Assembly: GCA_024408105.1 (NCBI GenBank)
Contig: JAKSVG010000001.1
Coordinates: 50,854 to 114,853, forward strand
DNA length: 64,000 nucleotides
Reading direction: 5' to 3'
From: Bacilli bacterium
GTDB taxonomy: Bacteria > Bacillota_I > Bacilli_A > RFN20 > CAG-826
Of the stretch, positions 28,635 through 39,698 are shown in pieces. The notes below the pieces were generated by a model. It searched no databases, had not been told where the DNA came from, and saw nothing but the letters and a program-made list of their open reading frames with translations. Made by a program: the position numbers and the translations under genes. The first letter of the stretch is position 1. Every line of letters begins with the position of its first letter.

Positions 28635-29252
28635 TTATATATTCCGCAAATACGGATTATATTTTGATTCTCTTTCAATCGTCGTGTTTGGCCCGTGCCC
28701 AGGGAAAACTTTTGTTTCTTTTGATAAAATCAAAAGTTTTCTCAAACTCGATTCAATTGTTCTACTGGATCCGCTAGGCAAATCAGTTCTTCCGATTGAA
28801 GACATAAATAATGTGTCGCCTGAAAATAGCACATTTTCTTGTTTAATATAAAAACACGAACTACCAATCGTGTGAAAAGGCGTATGAATCATTGTAATTT
28901 CATAGCCGCCCGCTTTAAATTGCTCGTTGTCGCATAAAATAACTACGTTTTTTGGAACATAAGTTAAACTATTTCTTAAATTATATTTTGGATCACCAAT
29001 TTCAATTAATGTATGATCCGAACAATAAATTTGTGCATTTGGAAACATAGAACAAATATCTTCTAATGCTCCAATATGGTCAAAATGACCATGAGTTATT
29101 AAAATTGCTGTTATCGTTAAACCAAGCTTTTTAATATGCTCAATTAAACAATTTCCGCCATTATATCCAGGGTCTACGATAAGCGCATTATTCTTATCTT
29201 TGTATAAAAAATAAGTGTTACAACCAAGTGCTTTTTCGTATTTATCTAACAT
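28635..29252 (-). CDS. MBL-fold metallo-hydrolase (YqgX-like).
   Basis: HxHxDH motif (ITHGHFDHIGAL). The ORF-track start at 29312 would overlap rpmG by 37 nt. The internal Met at 29252 was chosen, but the start is uncertain. Confidence 0.7.
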   Translation of the reverse strand: MLDKYEKALGCNTYFLYKDKNNALIVDPGYNGGNCLIEHIKKLGLTITAILITHGHFDHIGALEDICSMFPNAQIYCSDHTLIEIGDPKYNLRNSLTYVPKNVVILCDNEQFKAGGYEITMIHTPFHTIGSSCFYIKQENVLFSGDTLFMSSIGRTDLPSGSSRTIESSLRKLLILSKETKVFPGHGPNTTIERESKYNPYLRNI

Positions 29253-29275
29253 ATAAAAAAGAAGGATTATAAATC

Positions 29276-29425
29276 CTACTTTTTCTCCTTGTGCAATGTT
29301 TGCTTTTTGCATCTTTTGCAGTATTTTTTTGTTTCTAATCTGTCTGGATGCTCTTTTTTATTTTTTGTTGTAATGTAATTCTCTTCACCACAAACAGTGC
29401 ATTTCAATGTAATGTTGTCGCGCAT
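29276..29425 (-). CDS. rpmG: 50S ribosomal protein L33.
   Basis: Hand translation of the minus strand gives [49 protein letters not shown] (49 aa). It has the CxxC...CxxC zinc ribbon and a GGAG RBS. Absent from the ORF track because it is under 60 aa. Confidence 0.85.
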   Translation of the reverse strand: MRDNITLKCTVCGEENYITTKNKKEHPDRLETKKYCKRCKKQTLHKEKK

Positions 29426-29513
29426 AAGGTTCTCCTTTTATTTTCGCAAGTAGAATAATAGCACATTCAAAAAAAGATATCTACAAGATATTTTTATACT
29501 ATATAATGAAAGC

Positions 29514-30581
29514 ATGAAAAACAAATTGCCAAGAGAAAAAACAAAACGAATTCAGATCGGAAACACTTTCATTGGTGGAACCAATAATGTATTAATCCAA
29601 TCCATGTGTAATATTAAGACGGAAAGATATAAAGAAGTTGCTGATCAAATCAATCGTTGCGAAAAATTAGGAGCGGATTTGATGCGCGTTTCTGTTTTAG
29701 ATGAAAAAGATGCTGAAGCAATCAAAGAAATAAAGAAATTGATAAATATCCCTTTGATAGCTGATATTCATTTCGATTATCGCTTGGCGATAAAATCAAT
29801 TGAATCAGGAGCAGATGCTGTTAGATTAAATCCCGGAAATATCGGTTCTAAGGAAAACATAGAAAAAGTAGTCTCATTATGTAAACAAAAACATATACCT
29901 ATTAGAATTGGAGTTAATTCTGGATCAATAGATAAAGAAATAAATAATTCAACAAAATCAGTTCGCTCAAATGAGTTAAATGAATCAGCTAAAAGAACAG
30001 TTAAAATTTTAGAAGATTTAGAATTTTATGATATTGTAATATCATTAAAAGGGAGTCATGTACTAGAGACTGTTGAGGCATATAGACTCGCAAAAGACGC
30101 ATTTAACTATCCTTTGCACCTCGGAATAACAGAGGCTGGGCCAAAGGATATCGGTCTAGTTAGAAGCGTCGCCGGCTTAGCTCCTATCTTGTTAGAAGGA
30201 ATAGGTGATACAATTCGCATTTCATTGAGCGATGAGCCAGAAGAGGAAGTTAGGGCGTGTAGGAGATTACTAAAAGATCTAGAAATTAGAACTGATTATC
30301 CAACGTTGATTTCTTGTCCAACATGTGGAAGAACGCAAGTTAATTTGGTTCCTCTTGCAGAGCAAGTATTGAATTTTTTAGAAGAAAATAAAATTAATTT
30401 AACTGTTGCGATAATGGGTTGCATAGTCAATGGACCAGGAGAAGCCAAACGTGCAGATATTGGCTGTGCAGGAGGCAAGGGTCAATGGGTTATTTTCAAA
30501 AAAGACAAGATATTAAAAACTGTTCTTGAAAAGGATATCTACAAAGAATTAACATCTGAAATATTAAAAATGAAGTCTTAA
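29514..30581 (+). CDS. ispG: 4-hydroxy-3-methylbut-2-enyl diphosphate synthase (MEP pathway).
   Basis: GcpE family: N-terminal TIM barrel (RIQIGNTFIGG...IQSM) plus C-terminal 4Fe-4S domain (CPTCGR). 355 aa. Confidence 0.9.
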   Translation: MKNKLPREKTKRIQIGNTFIGGTNNVLIQSMCNIKTERYKEVADQINRCEKLGADLMRVSVLDEKDAEAIKEIKKLINIPLIADIHFDYRLAIKSIESGADAVRLNPGNIGSKENIEKVVSLCKQKHIPIRIGVNSGSIDKEINNSTKSVRSNELNESAKRTVKILEDLEFYDIVISLKGSHVLETVEAYRLAKDAFNYPLHLGITEAGPKDIGLVRSVAGLAPILLEGIGDTIRISLSDEPEEEVRACRRLLKDLEIRTDYPTLISCPTCGRTQVNLVPLAEQVLNFLEENKINLTVAIMGCIVNGPGEAKRADIGCAGGKGQWVIFKKDKILKTVLEKDIYKELTSEILKMKS

Positions 30582-30591
30582 AGACTTCTTT

Positions 30592-31467
30592 TTATTTTCT
30601 CCAGTCAGCTTCGAATTTATTATTTAAAAGCATTTCGATTTCTTTTTTATATGGAGGTTTGCCATCATAATATGGAGTTTCAAGAATTTTTGGGATATTA
30701 ATTAACCGAGGATCATGAACGTATTTGGCAAGCGCTTCAAATCCTATTTCTCCATATCCAATATTTTCATGTCTGTCTTTATGCGACCCCATTGGATTCT
30801 TTGAATCATTAATGTGAATGCATAATAGATACTTTAAACCAACAATTTCATCAAACGATTTCAAAACATTATCAATATCATTGATATCTAGGCCCTCATC
30901 ATTCACGTGACAGGTATCTAAACACACTCCAACACGTTCAGGATTACGAACGTGAGTAATAATATAATGAAGCTGATCAAATGATGAACCCATTTCACCG
31001 CCTTTGCCTGCCATAGTTTCAAGAGCAATTTTAACTTCTGTACCATCTTTGGAAAAAACTTCATCCAAAGCCTTTACAATAGAATCTAGGCCGTTTTCAA
31101 CACCAGTGCCAACATGACTGCCTGGATGAAGAACAAGTATTTTTAAGCCAAAATCTTGAACACGTTTAAGTTCTTTTACCAAATTATCTTTAGATATTTG
31201 GTATAATGATTCATTTAACTGATTGGCAATGTTTAAAATATATGGAGCATGAACAACAATTTTATCTTCATTTAGCCCCGCTTCTTTAATAAGTTTTCTG
31301 CCTTCAGCAATTTTTAGTTTATCTGTTGGTATTCTAAAGGAGTTTTGTGGAGCACCTGTGTAAAACATAAAAGTAGATGAACCATAGGTTAAAGCTTCTT
31401 TAACAGAGCCAATATAATAATCGGGTCCAGACATCGATACATGTGAACCAATATAAATCTTATCCAT
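30592..31467 (-). CDS. nfo: Endonuclease IV (AP endonuclease).
   Basis: TIM-barrel Nfo with IGSHVSMSG...TGAPQN signature. Follows the cshB-like gene as yqfR-yqfS do in B. subtilis. Confidence 0.88.
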   Translation of the reverse strand: MDKIYIGSHVSMSGPDYYIGSVKEALTYGSSTFMFYTGAPQNSFRIPTDKLKIAEGRKLIKEAGLNEDKIVVHAPYILNIANQLNESLYQISKDNLVKELKRVQDFGLKILVLHPGSHVGTGVENGLDSIVKALDEVFSKDGTEVKIALETMAGKGGEMGSSFDQLHYIITHVRNPERVGVCLDTCHVNDEGLDINDIDNVLKSFDEIVGLKYLLCIHINDSKNPMGSHKDRHENIGYGEIGFEALAKYVHDPRLINIPKILETPYYDGKPPYKKEIEMLLNNKFEADWRK

Positions 31468-32821
31468 TATTGCGACCTTCTTTTTTATAACGTTCGACTC
31501 TTTGACGACGAATATCTTTTTTTATAATCTCACGTCTATGTTTTTGCTTAGCTTTTTCGATAGCTTGTTTCTGTTTCTTTTTATAACCAGGTTTAACTTT
31601 TTTATTTTTAGTTGATGATTGATTGCTTATTCTTTTAATTTCTTTTGCAAGCTCAGGATCGATATGTTTTTTGCTAGGATGAGTTCTTTCGATCGGCTTT
31701 CCGCTAACGAGTTCGCCTTCCTTTAAAGCGAGATATTCAAAAGAGAGTCCATTAGAAATTAATGCTAATGGTTTTCTCGTGGAATCATTATTATAAAATG
31801 TAAAACATTTTCCTTTTTTATCAAAACGACCCGTACGGCCCGCTCTATGATAATAAAATTCAAGATTATTAGGTAAATCAATATTCAAAACCTCGGTTAC
31901 GTTAGGAATATCTAAACCACGCGCAGCCATATCGGAGCAAACCAAAATAAAAATCTTGTCATTTTGGAGTTGCTTCATAACATTTTTGCGTTCTCTAGAA
32001 GATAAATCTCCAGTCAATAAACCAGCCTTATAGCCATTAAGTTTTAAAAATTTATAAACCGAATTCGCTGTTTCTTTTTTAGAAGCAAAAATAAGGAGCA
32101 AATAAGGATTAACAGCATCGATAAATTGCTTTGTCGCATTGTTAATGTCAATATGCTTAATGTCTACCATATAATGAGTGACATTACTTGATGTCATGAC
32201 CTCTTCATTAACAATAGGAGTATTTGGCCCAACGTATTTTTCTAATTGGTGGGCTAAATTTGCTTCAAGAGTTGCACTAAAAACTAAAAATTGTGGATTT
32301 TTTATTTGCAAAACAAATTTGTCTATTTCTTCAAAATATCCTTCTGATAAAAGCATGTCAGCTTCATCAAAGACAATAGTTTTCACATTATTTAATAATG
32401 TAGAATGTTTTTGAGCTAAAACTTCAGACAATCTTCCCGGTGTTCCAATTAAGATATGTGGAGAAATAGATAAGCCTTTCATGGAGTTTTCAATTTCTTC
32501 GCCAGATTTTAATAAACGAATTTTTAACCTGCGGAATTCATCAGCAAATGGAATTGCAAAATTATAAATTTGTTGTGCTAATTCTCTTGTAGGAGCAATT
32601 ATAATTGCTTGTGTTTCTTGCTTGCTTAAATTGATTGAATCAATAATTGGGATTAAAAAGCATAATGTTTTCCCGCTTCCTGTAGAAGATTGAACCATTA
32701 ATGTTTCGCCTCTAAGTGCCTTTGGAATAGTTCTTAATTGAATTTGAGATGGCTCAAAATATTTCTGACGATTCAGAGATTTAATCATTGATTCGGATAA
32801 ATTTATCGCTTTAAAAGACAT
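31460..32821 (-). CDS. cshB: DEAD-box ATP-dependent RNA helicase (CshB-like).
   Basis: Q motif (FEPSQIQ), Walker A (SSTGSGKT), DEAD, SAT and HRAGRTGR motifs, with a basic C-terminal tail. Start moved to ATG 32821 (MSFKAINL), which has a GGTGA RBS. Confidence 0.85.
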   Translation of the reverse strand: MSFKAINLSESMIKSLNRQKYFEPSQIQLRTIPKALRGETLMVQSSTGSGKTLCFLIPIIDSINLSKQETQAIIIAPTRELAQQIYNFAIPFADEFRRLKIRLLKSGEEIENSMKGLSISPHILIGTPGRLSEVLAQKHSTLLNNVKTIVFDEADMLLSEGYFEEIDKFVLQIKNPQFLVFSATLEANLAHQLEKYVGPNTPIVNEEVMTSSNVTHYMVDIKHIDINNATKQFIDAVNPYLLLIFASKKETANSVYKFLKLNGYKAGLLTGDLSSRERKNVMKQLQNDKIFILVCSDMAARGLDIPNVTEVLNIDLPNNLEFYYHRAGRTGRFDKKGKCFTFYNNDSTRKPLALISNGLSFEYLALKEGELVSGKPIERTHPSKKHIDPELAKEIKRISNQSSTKNKKVKPGYKKKQKQAIEKAKQKHRREIIKKDIRRQRVERYKKEGRNNG

Positions 32822-32876
32822 ATTTTCACCGCGATTTATTATACACGAAATATTACACACGTGTTATTATGAAGAC

Positions 32877-33740
32877 ATGAAAATTGAGATTTTAGAACCA
32901 AGTGGGTACTGTTCAGGCGTAAATCGCGCTATAGAACTTGCCATAAGCGCAAGAAAAGAAAATCCTTTAAAAAGGATTTGTGTCTTAGGAAAATTAGTTC
33001 ACAATAACGACGCTTTGCAAGAACTTAGTAAAATGAATATAGAAACATTGGATAATGATATGTCTGTTGTTGATAGTCTGTCAGATGATACAATCGTAAT
33101 ATTAACTGCCCATGGCCACGACAAAAATATTGAAAATATTTTGAATAAAAAGAATATTAAGTTTATTGATGCAACGTGTCCTTTTGTGAAACAAGCATTA
33201 AGAATTATTACAAATGCAATAAACACTAATAAAGAAGTTATTTATATTGGAAAGAAAAATCACCCTGAAGCAAACGCAGCATTGTCCATTTCAAACAAAG
33301 TACATTTGATTGATATTAATGAAAAATTCGACCCGTCTATTACAAACGACAAAAATCCATTAGTTATTTCCCAAACCACTTTTAGTGATTTAGAAGTCAA
33401 TGCTTTGAATAAAGAAATTAAGAATTGTATTCCTAATGCAACAATTCATAATGGGGTATGTAATGCTTCAACATCAAGGCAAAAAGCTTTGCTTTCATTA
33501 CCAAAAGATGTTGAATTGATTTATGTGGTCGGTGGGAAGAACTCAAATAACACAAAAACATTATTTAATTTAGCAAAAAAGAATTTTCCAAATTCAAAAG
33601 TATTAATGATTGAAAATAAAAATGAAATTAATAAAAAAGACCTTAAAGGTCTTAATTATATCGCAATATCTTCGGGAGCATCTACTCCGTTATCAATTGT
33701 TTCTGAAATAAAATCGTATATTGAATTACTCGGTAATTAA
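32877..33740 (+). CDS. ispH: 4-hydroxy-3-methylbut-2-enyl diphosphate reductase (MEP pathway).
   Basis: LytB/IspH fold: MKIEILEPSGYCSGVNRAI, with three conserved Cys (C12, CPFV, ...). 287 aa. Confidence 0.88.
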   Translation: MKIEILEPSGYCSGVNRAIELAISARKENPLKRICVLGKLVHNNDALQELSKMNIETLDNDMSVVDSLSDDTIVILTAHGHDKNIENILNKKNIKFIDATCPFVKQALRIITNAINTNKEVIYIGKKNHPEANAALSISNKVHLIDINEKFDPSITNDKNPLVISQTTFSDLEVNALNKEIKNCIPNATIHNGVCNASTSRQKALLSLPKDVELIYVVGGKNSNNTKTLFNLAKKNFPNSKVLMIENKNEINKKDLKGLNYIAISSGASTPLSIVSEIKSYIELLGN

Positions 33741-34502
33741 TTCAGGAAGATTTTCGTGATTAATTATTGTAACTTGAATATCTGGATCAATTTCTCTAAG
33801 TATTTTTTTCATTTGTGGCATAAAAATTCTTTCAACTTCGTGAGAGACATCTAAATAGTTGAATTTATTTGATATAACGTCCCGACGAATATGATGAGGT
33901 GTGTCGCCACTAATATAAATATCATATCCTTCAAGCATAGCATTCACATATTTATATGAACCGCCACCACCGATAATAGCGACTTTTTTAATCATATCTT
34001 TTCCGCCATGAACAAGATGCGAATATTCAATAGATAAACATTTATTTGCATATTTTGCAAATTCGTGAATTTCCATTGCTTCTTTTAATTCACCACCACG
34101 AGCCATCTTGCATGTTTCTAATTGAACAATATTTTGAAGTCCTAAAGCTTCAGCTAATGCATCGTTCATTCCATCTTTGCCCGTGTCAAAATTTGTATGC
34201 ATGCTATATACAGGGATGCCTAAATTATCAATCCTTTCACACAAATCCTTTTTTATCTCATCGTGTTTAAAAACACGATATTTTGTGCCGTAAATAAATG
34301 GATGGTGTGTCAAAATTAAGTCCGGTTTAATGCCTAATTTCTTGATTTCATCAAGAGCGACATCATCAAAATCAAGGCATAGAACAATTGACTTTATATC
34401 TTCTGGCAATTTTCCTGTCATTAAGCCAACATGATCGCCTGGAGTTTTTATTGACTTTGGGAATCTTTTTGCCAAAGTCCTAAGTAGTTTTATTGAATTC
34501 AT
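33726..34502 (-). CDS. Nif3-family dinuclear metal-centre protein (YqfO).
   Basis: 258 aa. Nif3-like N- and C-terminal halves with an HTN/H metal ligand pattern. Synteny with trmK and sigA. Confidence 0.8.
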   Translation of the reverse strand: MNSIKLLRTLAKRFPKSIKTPGDHVGLMTGKLPEDIKSIVLCLDFDDVALDEIKKLGIKPDLILTHHPFIYGTKYRVFKHDEIKKDLCERIDNLGIPVYSMHTNFDTGKDGMNDALAEALGLQNIVQLETCKMARGGELKEAMEIHEFAKYANKCLSIEYSHLVHGGKDMIKKVAIIGGGGSYKYVNAMLEGYDIYISGDTPHHIRRDVISNKFNYLDVSHEVERIFMPQMKKILREIDPDIQVTIINHENLPELITE

Positions 34503-35149
34503 AGTGATTCCAACCTTTCAATTTTTGATTCCAGTTTTTTTATTTGATCTGGTTTGATAATTTTTGCTTTCTTTTGTTTTATTAAGTTCAAACTTAGCCT
34601 TTTAATTTCTTGAGTTTTAAATTCTTGAAATAATGGGTCGCGAGATATTTGATAGCCAAATTCTATCTCAATATCTTTGTATGAGGAATTGCCTTTCACA
34701 AAAGATATTATAAAATAATATTTGCCGTTCTCTTGAATGATTTTTTCTCTTTCAATGCAATAACCAATTCTTGTTATTTCTCGCCTCACCAACTCAACAT
34801 CTTTATGAGCATCTATAACGATTTGACTTATGTAATTTAATTTTTGGATAAATCTAGTAAGAATATCTACAATAGCGAATCCACCCATACCGGCGATGAC
34901 TATCGTGTCGCAAGAATCATCCAAATCTTCGATTCCATCGCTTAACAAAACTGTTGCTTTATAGTCTTTTAGACTATTTTTTAAAATTTTATATGGTCCT
35001 TCTTTATTTTCAACCGCTACGATGTTTCTAACTAAAGAATTGTCCAATAGATACTTTTCTAATAAGCCGTGATCAGCACCGACATCAAAAACGCTCGCAT
35101 CTTTATGGATAAAATTTGCAATTGTTATAAGTCGATTTGATAACGACAT
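34499..35149 (-). CDS. trmK: tRNA (adenine22-N1)-methyltransferase TrmK (YqfN).
   Basis: SAM-MTase N-terminus (DVGADHGLL). 216 aa. Immediately downstream of sigA as in Bacillus. Confidence 0.8.
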   Translation of the reverse strand: MSLSNRLITIANFIHKDASVFDVGADHGLLEKYLLDNSLVRNIVAVENKEGPYKILKNSLKDYKATVLLSDGIEDLDDSCDTIVIAGMGGFAIVDILTRFIQKLNYISQIVIDAHKDVELVRREITRIGYCIEREKIIQENGKYYFIISFVKGNSSYKDIEIEFGYQISRDPLFQEFKTQEIKRLSLNLIKQKKAKIIKPDQIKKLESKIERLESL

Positions 35150-36424
35150 TTACACTACCTCGTGATAGTCTCCTAGTTTTTTGAGTTTACTTTTCTTTCT
35201 TAACGTTCGGATAGCTTTTGCTTCAATCTGTCTAATACGTTCACGAGTAACGCCAAACTCTTTGCCAACTTCTTCAAGTGTTCTTGGGTGATTATCATCA
35301 AGGCCATATCTTCTACGAAGAACCTTTTCTTCACGTTCTGTCAAACTCTCAGCCATAACATCATAAAGTTCTTGTTTAAGAAGTGACTTAGTTGTGTATT
35401 CACTAGGCGATAATGTTTCTTTATCTTCAACAAAGTCCGATAACCTTGAATCATCTTCTTCACCAATTGGTGTTTCTAGAGAAACAGGTTCTTGATTCAC
35501 ACGTTGAATTTCTCTAATTCGATCAGCAGACAAAGCGCCTTGAAGTTTATCAGATATTTCCTCAGCTGTTGGATCACGTCCCAATTCTTGGACTAATTCG
35601 CGTTGAGCTCTTGTAATCTTATTAATTGTTTCCACCATGTGAACAGGAATGCGAATTGTGCGAGCTTGGTCGGCGATAGCGCGCGTAATTGCTTGCCTAA
35701 TCCACCATGTTGCATACGTAGAAAATTTAAATCCTTTTTGGTAATCAAATTTTTCAACTGCTTTAATAAGACCCATATTTCCTTCTTGTATCAAATCAAG
35801 GAATGGCATTCCCCTACCAGCATAACGTTTAGCAATGGAAATAACTAAACGAAGGTTTGCATTGATGAGTTGCTGCTTTGCGTCTTCATCACCAGCAACA
35901 ATTCTTTGAGCTAATTCTTGTTCTTGCTTTGCATTTAATAATGGGACTTTTCCTATTTCTTTAAGATAAATCTTAACAGAGTCATTAACTTTAACATCTC
36001 CGGTAACCAATTTACTTAAATCATTTAATTCTTGTTCAGATGGGACATCAGAATCTCCTATATCTAAATCGTCATCCAATAAATCGTCTTCTGCATCTTC
36101 ACTGAATTCTAGTTCGTCAATATCACCATCAGGATTATCAGTTAAAACGTTGACACCGTTTTTTCTGAAGAACTCTAAGAGTCCATCCATCGATCCATCA
36201 TCCATATCAAGGTGTTGAATTGCGTCAAAAATCTCGGATTGTTCAATCTCGTTTCCGTTATTCTTTGATTGTTTTAATAAGCGTTTCTTAATCTGTTCAA
36301 GATCTTCGATTTCATTTTCGTTGTCATCAAATTCGTCTTTGGCAGCTTTCGCTTTAGTTGGTTTTTTCGCTTTTTTAGCGCTTTTAGCAGCCTTTTCTGC
36401 GGGTTTTTTAGCTTTTGCTGGCAT
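35150..36424 (-). CDS. sigA: RNA polymerase primary sigma factor.
   Basis: Acidic region 1.1, then regions 2-4 ([27 protein letters not shown], region 4.2 [21 protein letters not shown]). Confidence 0.92.
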   Translation of the reverse strand: MPAKAKKPAEKAAKSAKKAKKPTKAKAAKDEFDDNENEIEDLEQIKKRLLKQSKNNGNEIEQSEIFDAIQHLDMDDGSMDGLLEFFRKNGVNVLTDNPDGDIDELEFSEDAEDDLLDDDLDIGDSDVPSEQELNDLSKLVTGDVKVNDSVKIYLKEIGKVPLLNAKQEQELAQRIVAGDEDAKQQLINANLRLVISIAKRYAGRGMPFLDLIQEGNMGLIKAVEKFDYQKGFKFSTYATWWIRQAITRAIADQARTIRIPVHMVETINKITRAQRELVQELGRDPTAEEISDKLQGALSADRIREIQRVNQEPVSLETPIGEEDDSRLSDFVEDKETLSPSEYTTKSLLKQELYDVMAESLTEREEKVLRRRYGLDDNHPRTLEEVGKEFGVTRERIRQIEAKAIRTLRKKSKLKKLGDYHEVV

Positions 36425-36452
36425 AATTCCTAGTCCTTCTTTCTAACGAGTC

Positions 36453-38258
36453 TTATTTCGCCTTTTTCTCGTTTGTGCGTTTAATATAATCATCAAGCAG
36501 GCGTGCTTGTTCAGCAGGAGATTTTCCTTCAAGGGCAAGTTTAATATTTGTCCTATTGTAATTCTTGGTTCGTTCTTCGTTGATTGTTATCAAACAATCA
36601 TTAAGAATTTCGTCAAGCTCATGCTTTTGGAATTTATGCAATGGAATTGCACTCAGTTCGTATAACAGTTTCCCCTTATTTGGATTATCGCTTTGCGAAA
36701 TATAATCCATTACCATTGATACATCCACTGAATTGTATTTTGATGCATACTCCACAAAATAATTTGCTAAGTCCCTATGTAAATCAATATTGAAGTAACC
36801 TATATTTTTTTCATAAAAATCTATTGCGTCCTTATCGTTTGCCATAAGTTCAAGAACTTGTCGCTCAGCACAGGCGAGTCTTCTTAGTTCGCGACTCACA
36901 TTAATGCCTTCATATTTTGGTTCATCTATTAAAATAGATTTGTCTGTTTTATCATGATTATCTGCTTTGTATTCTTTAATGAAATTTTTAATTGCATTCG
37001 CATTAAATCTCGTTACATCTGCGAGTTTATATATGTAATCCTCATATTCTAATTTTGACTTTATTCCAATTAGCATTGGAGCAAAATGAGAAATAACTTT
37101 TTTTCTATCCTCAACGGTTTCTAGAGGCGAAATATTTTTGTAGTAATTTAATGCAAAGTTAAACGGATCAACTAATGTCTTTACAAAAACTTTTAGTTTT
37201 TCTTCCCCATCTTGCTTAAGTATTTCATCTGGGTCACGAATTTCTCCAGGAAGCGATACAACTCTATATGAAATTCCAGCCTTATCAAGTGAGGACATAA
37301 TTTTCATCATTGCTTCTTGGCCTGGTTTATCTCCATCAAGGCATAATCTAATTTCTACATTTAGTCTGCGAATGAGCTCAATATGCTTATCTGTCAATTT
37401 TGTGCCCATTATAGCAACAGAAGAAGATATTCCTATGGAATCTAACGCAAATACATCCATAAAACCTTCAACCAAATATAGATATCCGTCATGTTTTGCT
37501 GACTGCTTTGCGATATGGTAGTTGTATAAAATTGATTCTTTTTTAAAAATTTTGGTTGTTGGAGAATTCACATATTTAGGTGCATCATCACCACTAGTCA
37601 TTTTTCTAGCAGAAAAACCTACCACTTGACCATTTGAGTTTTTTATTGGAAATATTAAACGACCAGCATTTGAGTCAGAAGTATCGGATGATCGAACTAA
37701 CGCAATACCAATATCTTCAATATTTTTCAAAGAAAAACCTTTCTGTTGCAAATAAGAAATAGTCATTTTTCCATTTTGCAATGAATAACCTAATGAATAT
37801 TTTTCTATTTGTTCTCTTGAAATTTGTCTTTTAGCTAAATAATCTAGAGCGGGCTTACCCTCATCGATCTGAAGACCGTATTCATAAAATTTTTGAAGTT
37901 CATTAATGCAGTTATAAAGAGTTTGTACATCTACATCAACAGGTTTTATTACCTCGTGTTTATGTAATCGTGGGTCATCGAAATTGATAATTTCGCAAAC
38001 CCTTTTAACTGCTTCACTAAAAGTAATTTTTTCGTAATCAGCGACAAAAGTAAAAACGTCTCCACCGTGATGACACACATAGCAATGGAATGTTTGTCTT
38101 TCTTTGTTAATGTCCATACTAGGAGTATGATCATCATGAAATGGACAAAGAGCAACGTAGCGTCTTCCTTTTTTAATCACGTTTAAATAGGAAGAGATGA
38201 CATCCACAATGTCGGCTCTACTTTTTATTTCTGCTAATAAATCGTGATCAAATACCAT
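36453..38258 (-). CDS. dnaG: DNA primase.
   Basis: Zinc-binding CPFHDDHTPS...CYVCHHGGD, TOPRIM domain, C-terminal helicase-binding domain. The ORF-track start is TTG 38279; ATG 38258 (MVFDHDLL) was preferred. Confidence 0.88.
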   Translation of the reverse strand: MVFDHDLLAEIKSRADIVDVISSYLNVIKKGRRYVALCPFHDDHTPSMDINKERQTFHCYVCHHGGDVFTFVADYEKITFSEAVKRVCEIINFDDPRLHKHEVIKPVDVDVQTLYNCINELQKFYEYGLQIDEGKPALDYLAKRQISREQIEKYSLGYSLQNGKMTISYLQQKGFSLKNIEDIGIALVRSSDTSDSNAGRLIFPIKNSNGQVVGFSARKMTSGDDAPKYVNSPTTKIFKKESILYNYHIAKQSAKHDGYLYLVEGFMDVFALDSIGISSSVAIMGTKLTDKHIELIRRLNVEIRLCLDGDKPGQEAMMKIMSSLDKAGISYRVVSLPGEIRDPDEILKQDGEEKLKVFVKTLVDPFNFALNYYKNISPLETVEDRKKVISHFAPMLIGIKSKLEYEDYIYKLADVTRFNANAIKNFIKEYKADNHDKTDKSILIDEPKYEGINVSRELRRLACAERQVLELMANDKDAIDFYEKNIGYFNIDLHRDLANYFVEYASKYNSVDVSMVMDYISQSDNPNKGKLLYELSAIPLHKFQKHELDEILNDCLITINEERTKNYNRTNIKLALEGKSPAEQARLLDDYIKRTNEKKAK

Positions 38259-38290
38259 ATATAAATTACTATTAATCAACTAATTTTTAA

Positions 38291-39664
38291 CTATTTTTCA
38301 ATTTTATCTAAAAGATAGTTTCTAACATCACTTATAGGCATTCTAATTTGTTCCATAGTATCGCGGTCTCTAATTGTGACACAATTGTCTTTTTCGACAG
38401 TATCAAAATCTACTGTTATACAGTAAGGTGTGCCTATCGCATCCTGCCTTCTATATCTTTTGCCAATCGAGCCTGTTTCATCATAAATAACAGAGAAATG
38501 CTTATTAAGCATCGATAACACTTCTTTCGCTTTTTCTCCAAGCTGCTTGCTTAATGGTAATACGGCTGCTAAATATGGTGCAAGAATTGGCTTTAAATGC
38601 ATTACGACTCTTGTATCATTTTCTTTTAATGTTTCAACATCATATGCTTCGCATGCAACCATCAAAAAGATTCTCTCCACCCCCATCGAAGGCTCAATGC
38701 AATAAGGAACATACTTTTCGTTTGTTTCTGAATCTAAATATTCTAATGATTCACCACTTGCTTCCATGTGGCGTTTAAGGTCATAATCCGTTCTATCGGC
38801 TACGCCGAGAATTTCTCCCCAACCAAATGGGAACATATATTCAACATCGGTGGTTGCTTTTGAATAGAAGGCAAGTTCTTCCGGTTCGTGATCCCTGTAT
38901 CTAAGGTTTTCTTGACTAATATTTAAAGATGACAAGAAATCTAATGAAAACTTTTTCCAATAGGAAAACCACTCTAAATCAGTACCTGGTTTGCAGAAAA
39001 ATTCCATTTCCATTTGTTCAAATTCGCGTACTCTGAATATAAAGTTCCCTGGAGTGATTTCATTGCGGAAACTCTTTCCTATATTGCAAATGCCGAAAGG
39101 TATTTTTCTTCTTGATGTTCTTTGAACATTTTTGAAGTTCACAAACATTCCTTGGGCTGTTTCTGGACGTAGATATACTAAGCTTTCGGAAGCTTCGGTC
39201 ACGCCAATGTGGGTTCTAAACATTAAATTAAATTGACGAATATCAGTAAAATCTGACTTCCCACATACAGGACACGAAACTTTGTTATCTTTGATAAACT
39301 TAACCATTTCTTCATTAGTCATCCCGTTTACGTCAACGTCTGGATATGCTTTTTCAATCAAATTATCAGCGCGATGGCGTGAATGGCAATTTTTACAATC
39401 AATTAAAGGATCAGCAAATGTGGCAACGTGTCCAGTTGCTTTCCAAACATTAGGATTCATCAATATTGCTGCATCAATTCCAACATTAGTTGGAGATTCA
39501 CGAACGAATTTCTCCCACCAATATTTTTTAATATTATTTTTTAGCTCAACACCTAGCGGACCAAAATCCCATGAATTGGAAAGACCACCATAGATTTCAG
39601 AATCTTGATAAACAAATCCGCTAGTAATTAAGTGTGTAACAATTTCATCAAATTTCTTTTTCAT
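38291..39664 (-). CDS. glyS: Glycine--tRNA ligase (dimeric alpha2 type).
   Basis: 457 aa class II GlyRS of the GlyQS/eukaryotic-like single-chain form (IVTHLITSGFVYQDSEIYGG...). Confidence 0.88.
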   Translation of the reverse strand: MKKKFDEIVTHLITSGFVYQDSEIYGGLSNSWDFGPLGVELKNNIKKYWWEKFVRESPTNVGIDAAILMNPNVWKATGHVATFADPLIDCKNCHSRHRADNLIEKAYPDVDVNGMTNEEMVKFIKDNKVSCPVCGKSDFTDIRQFNLMFRTHIGVTEASESLVYLRPETAQGMFVNFKNVQRTSRRKIPFGICNIGKSFRNEITPGNFIFRVREFEQMEMEFFCKPGTDLEWFSYWKKFSLDFLSSLNISQENLRYRDHEPEELAFYSKATTDVEYMFPFGWGEILGVADRTDYDLKRHMEASGESLEYLDSETNEKYVPYCIEPSMGVERIFLMVACEAYDVETLKENDTRVVMHLKPILAPYLAAVLPLSKQLGEKAKEVLSMLNKHFSVIYDETGSIGKRYRRQDAIGTPYCITVDFDTVEKDNCVTIRDRDTMEQIRMPISDVRNYLLDKIEK

Positions 39665-39698
39665 AATAGTTAATTATCCTCGTCAATAAACGCAACAT

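Noticed and set aside
29252-29312. N-terminal 20 aa of the MBL hydrolase as given by the ORF track (start 29312).
   Set aside because: It would overlap 37 nt of the rpmG coding sequence in a different frame. The later Met is more plausible, though unproven.
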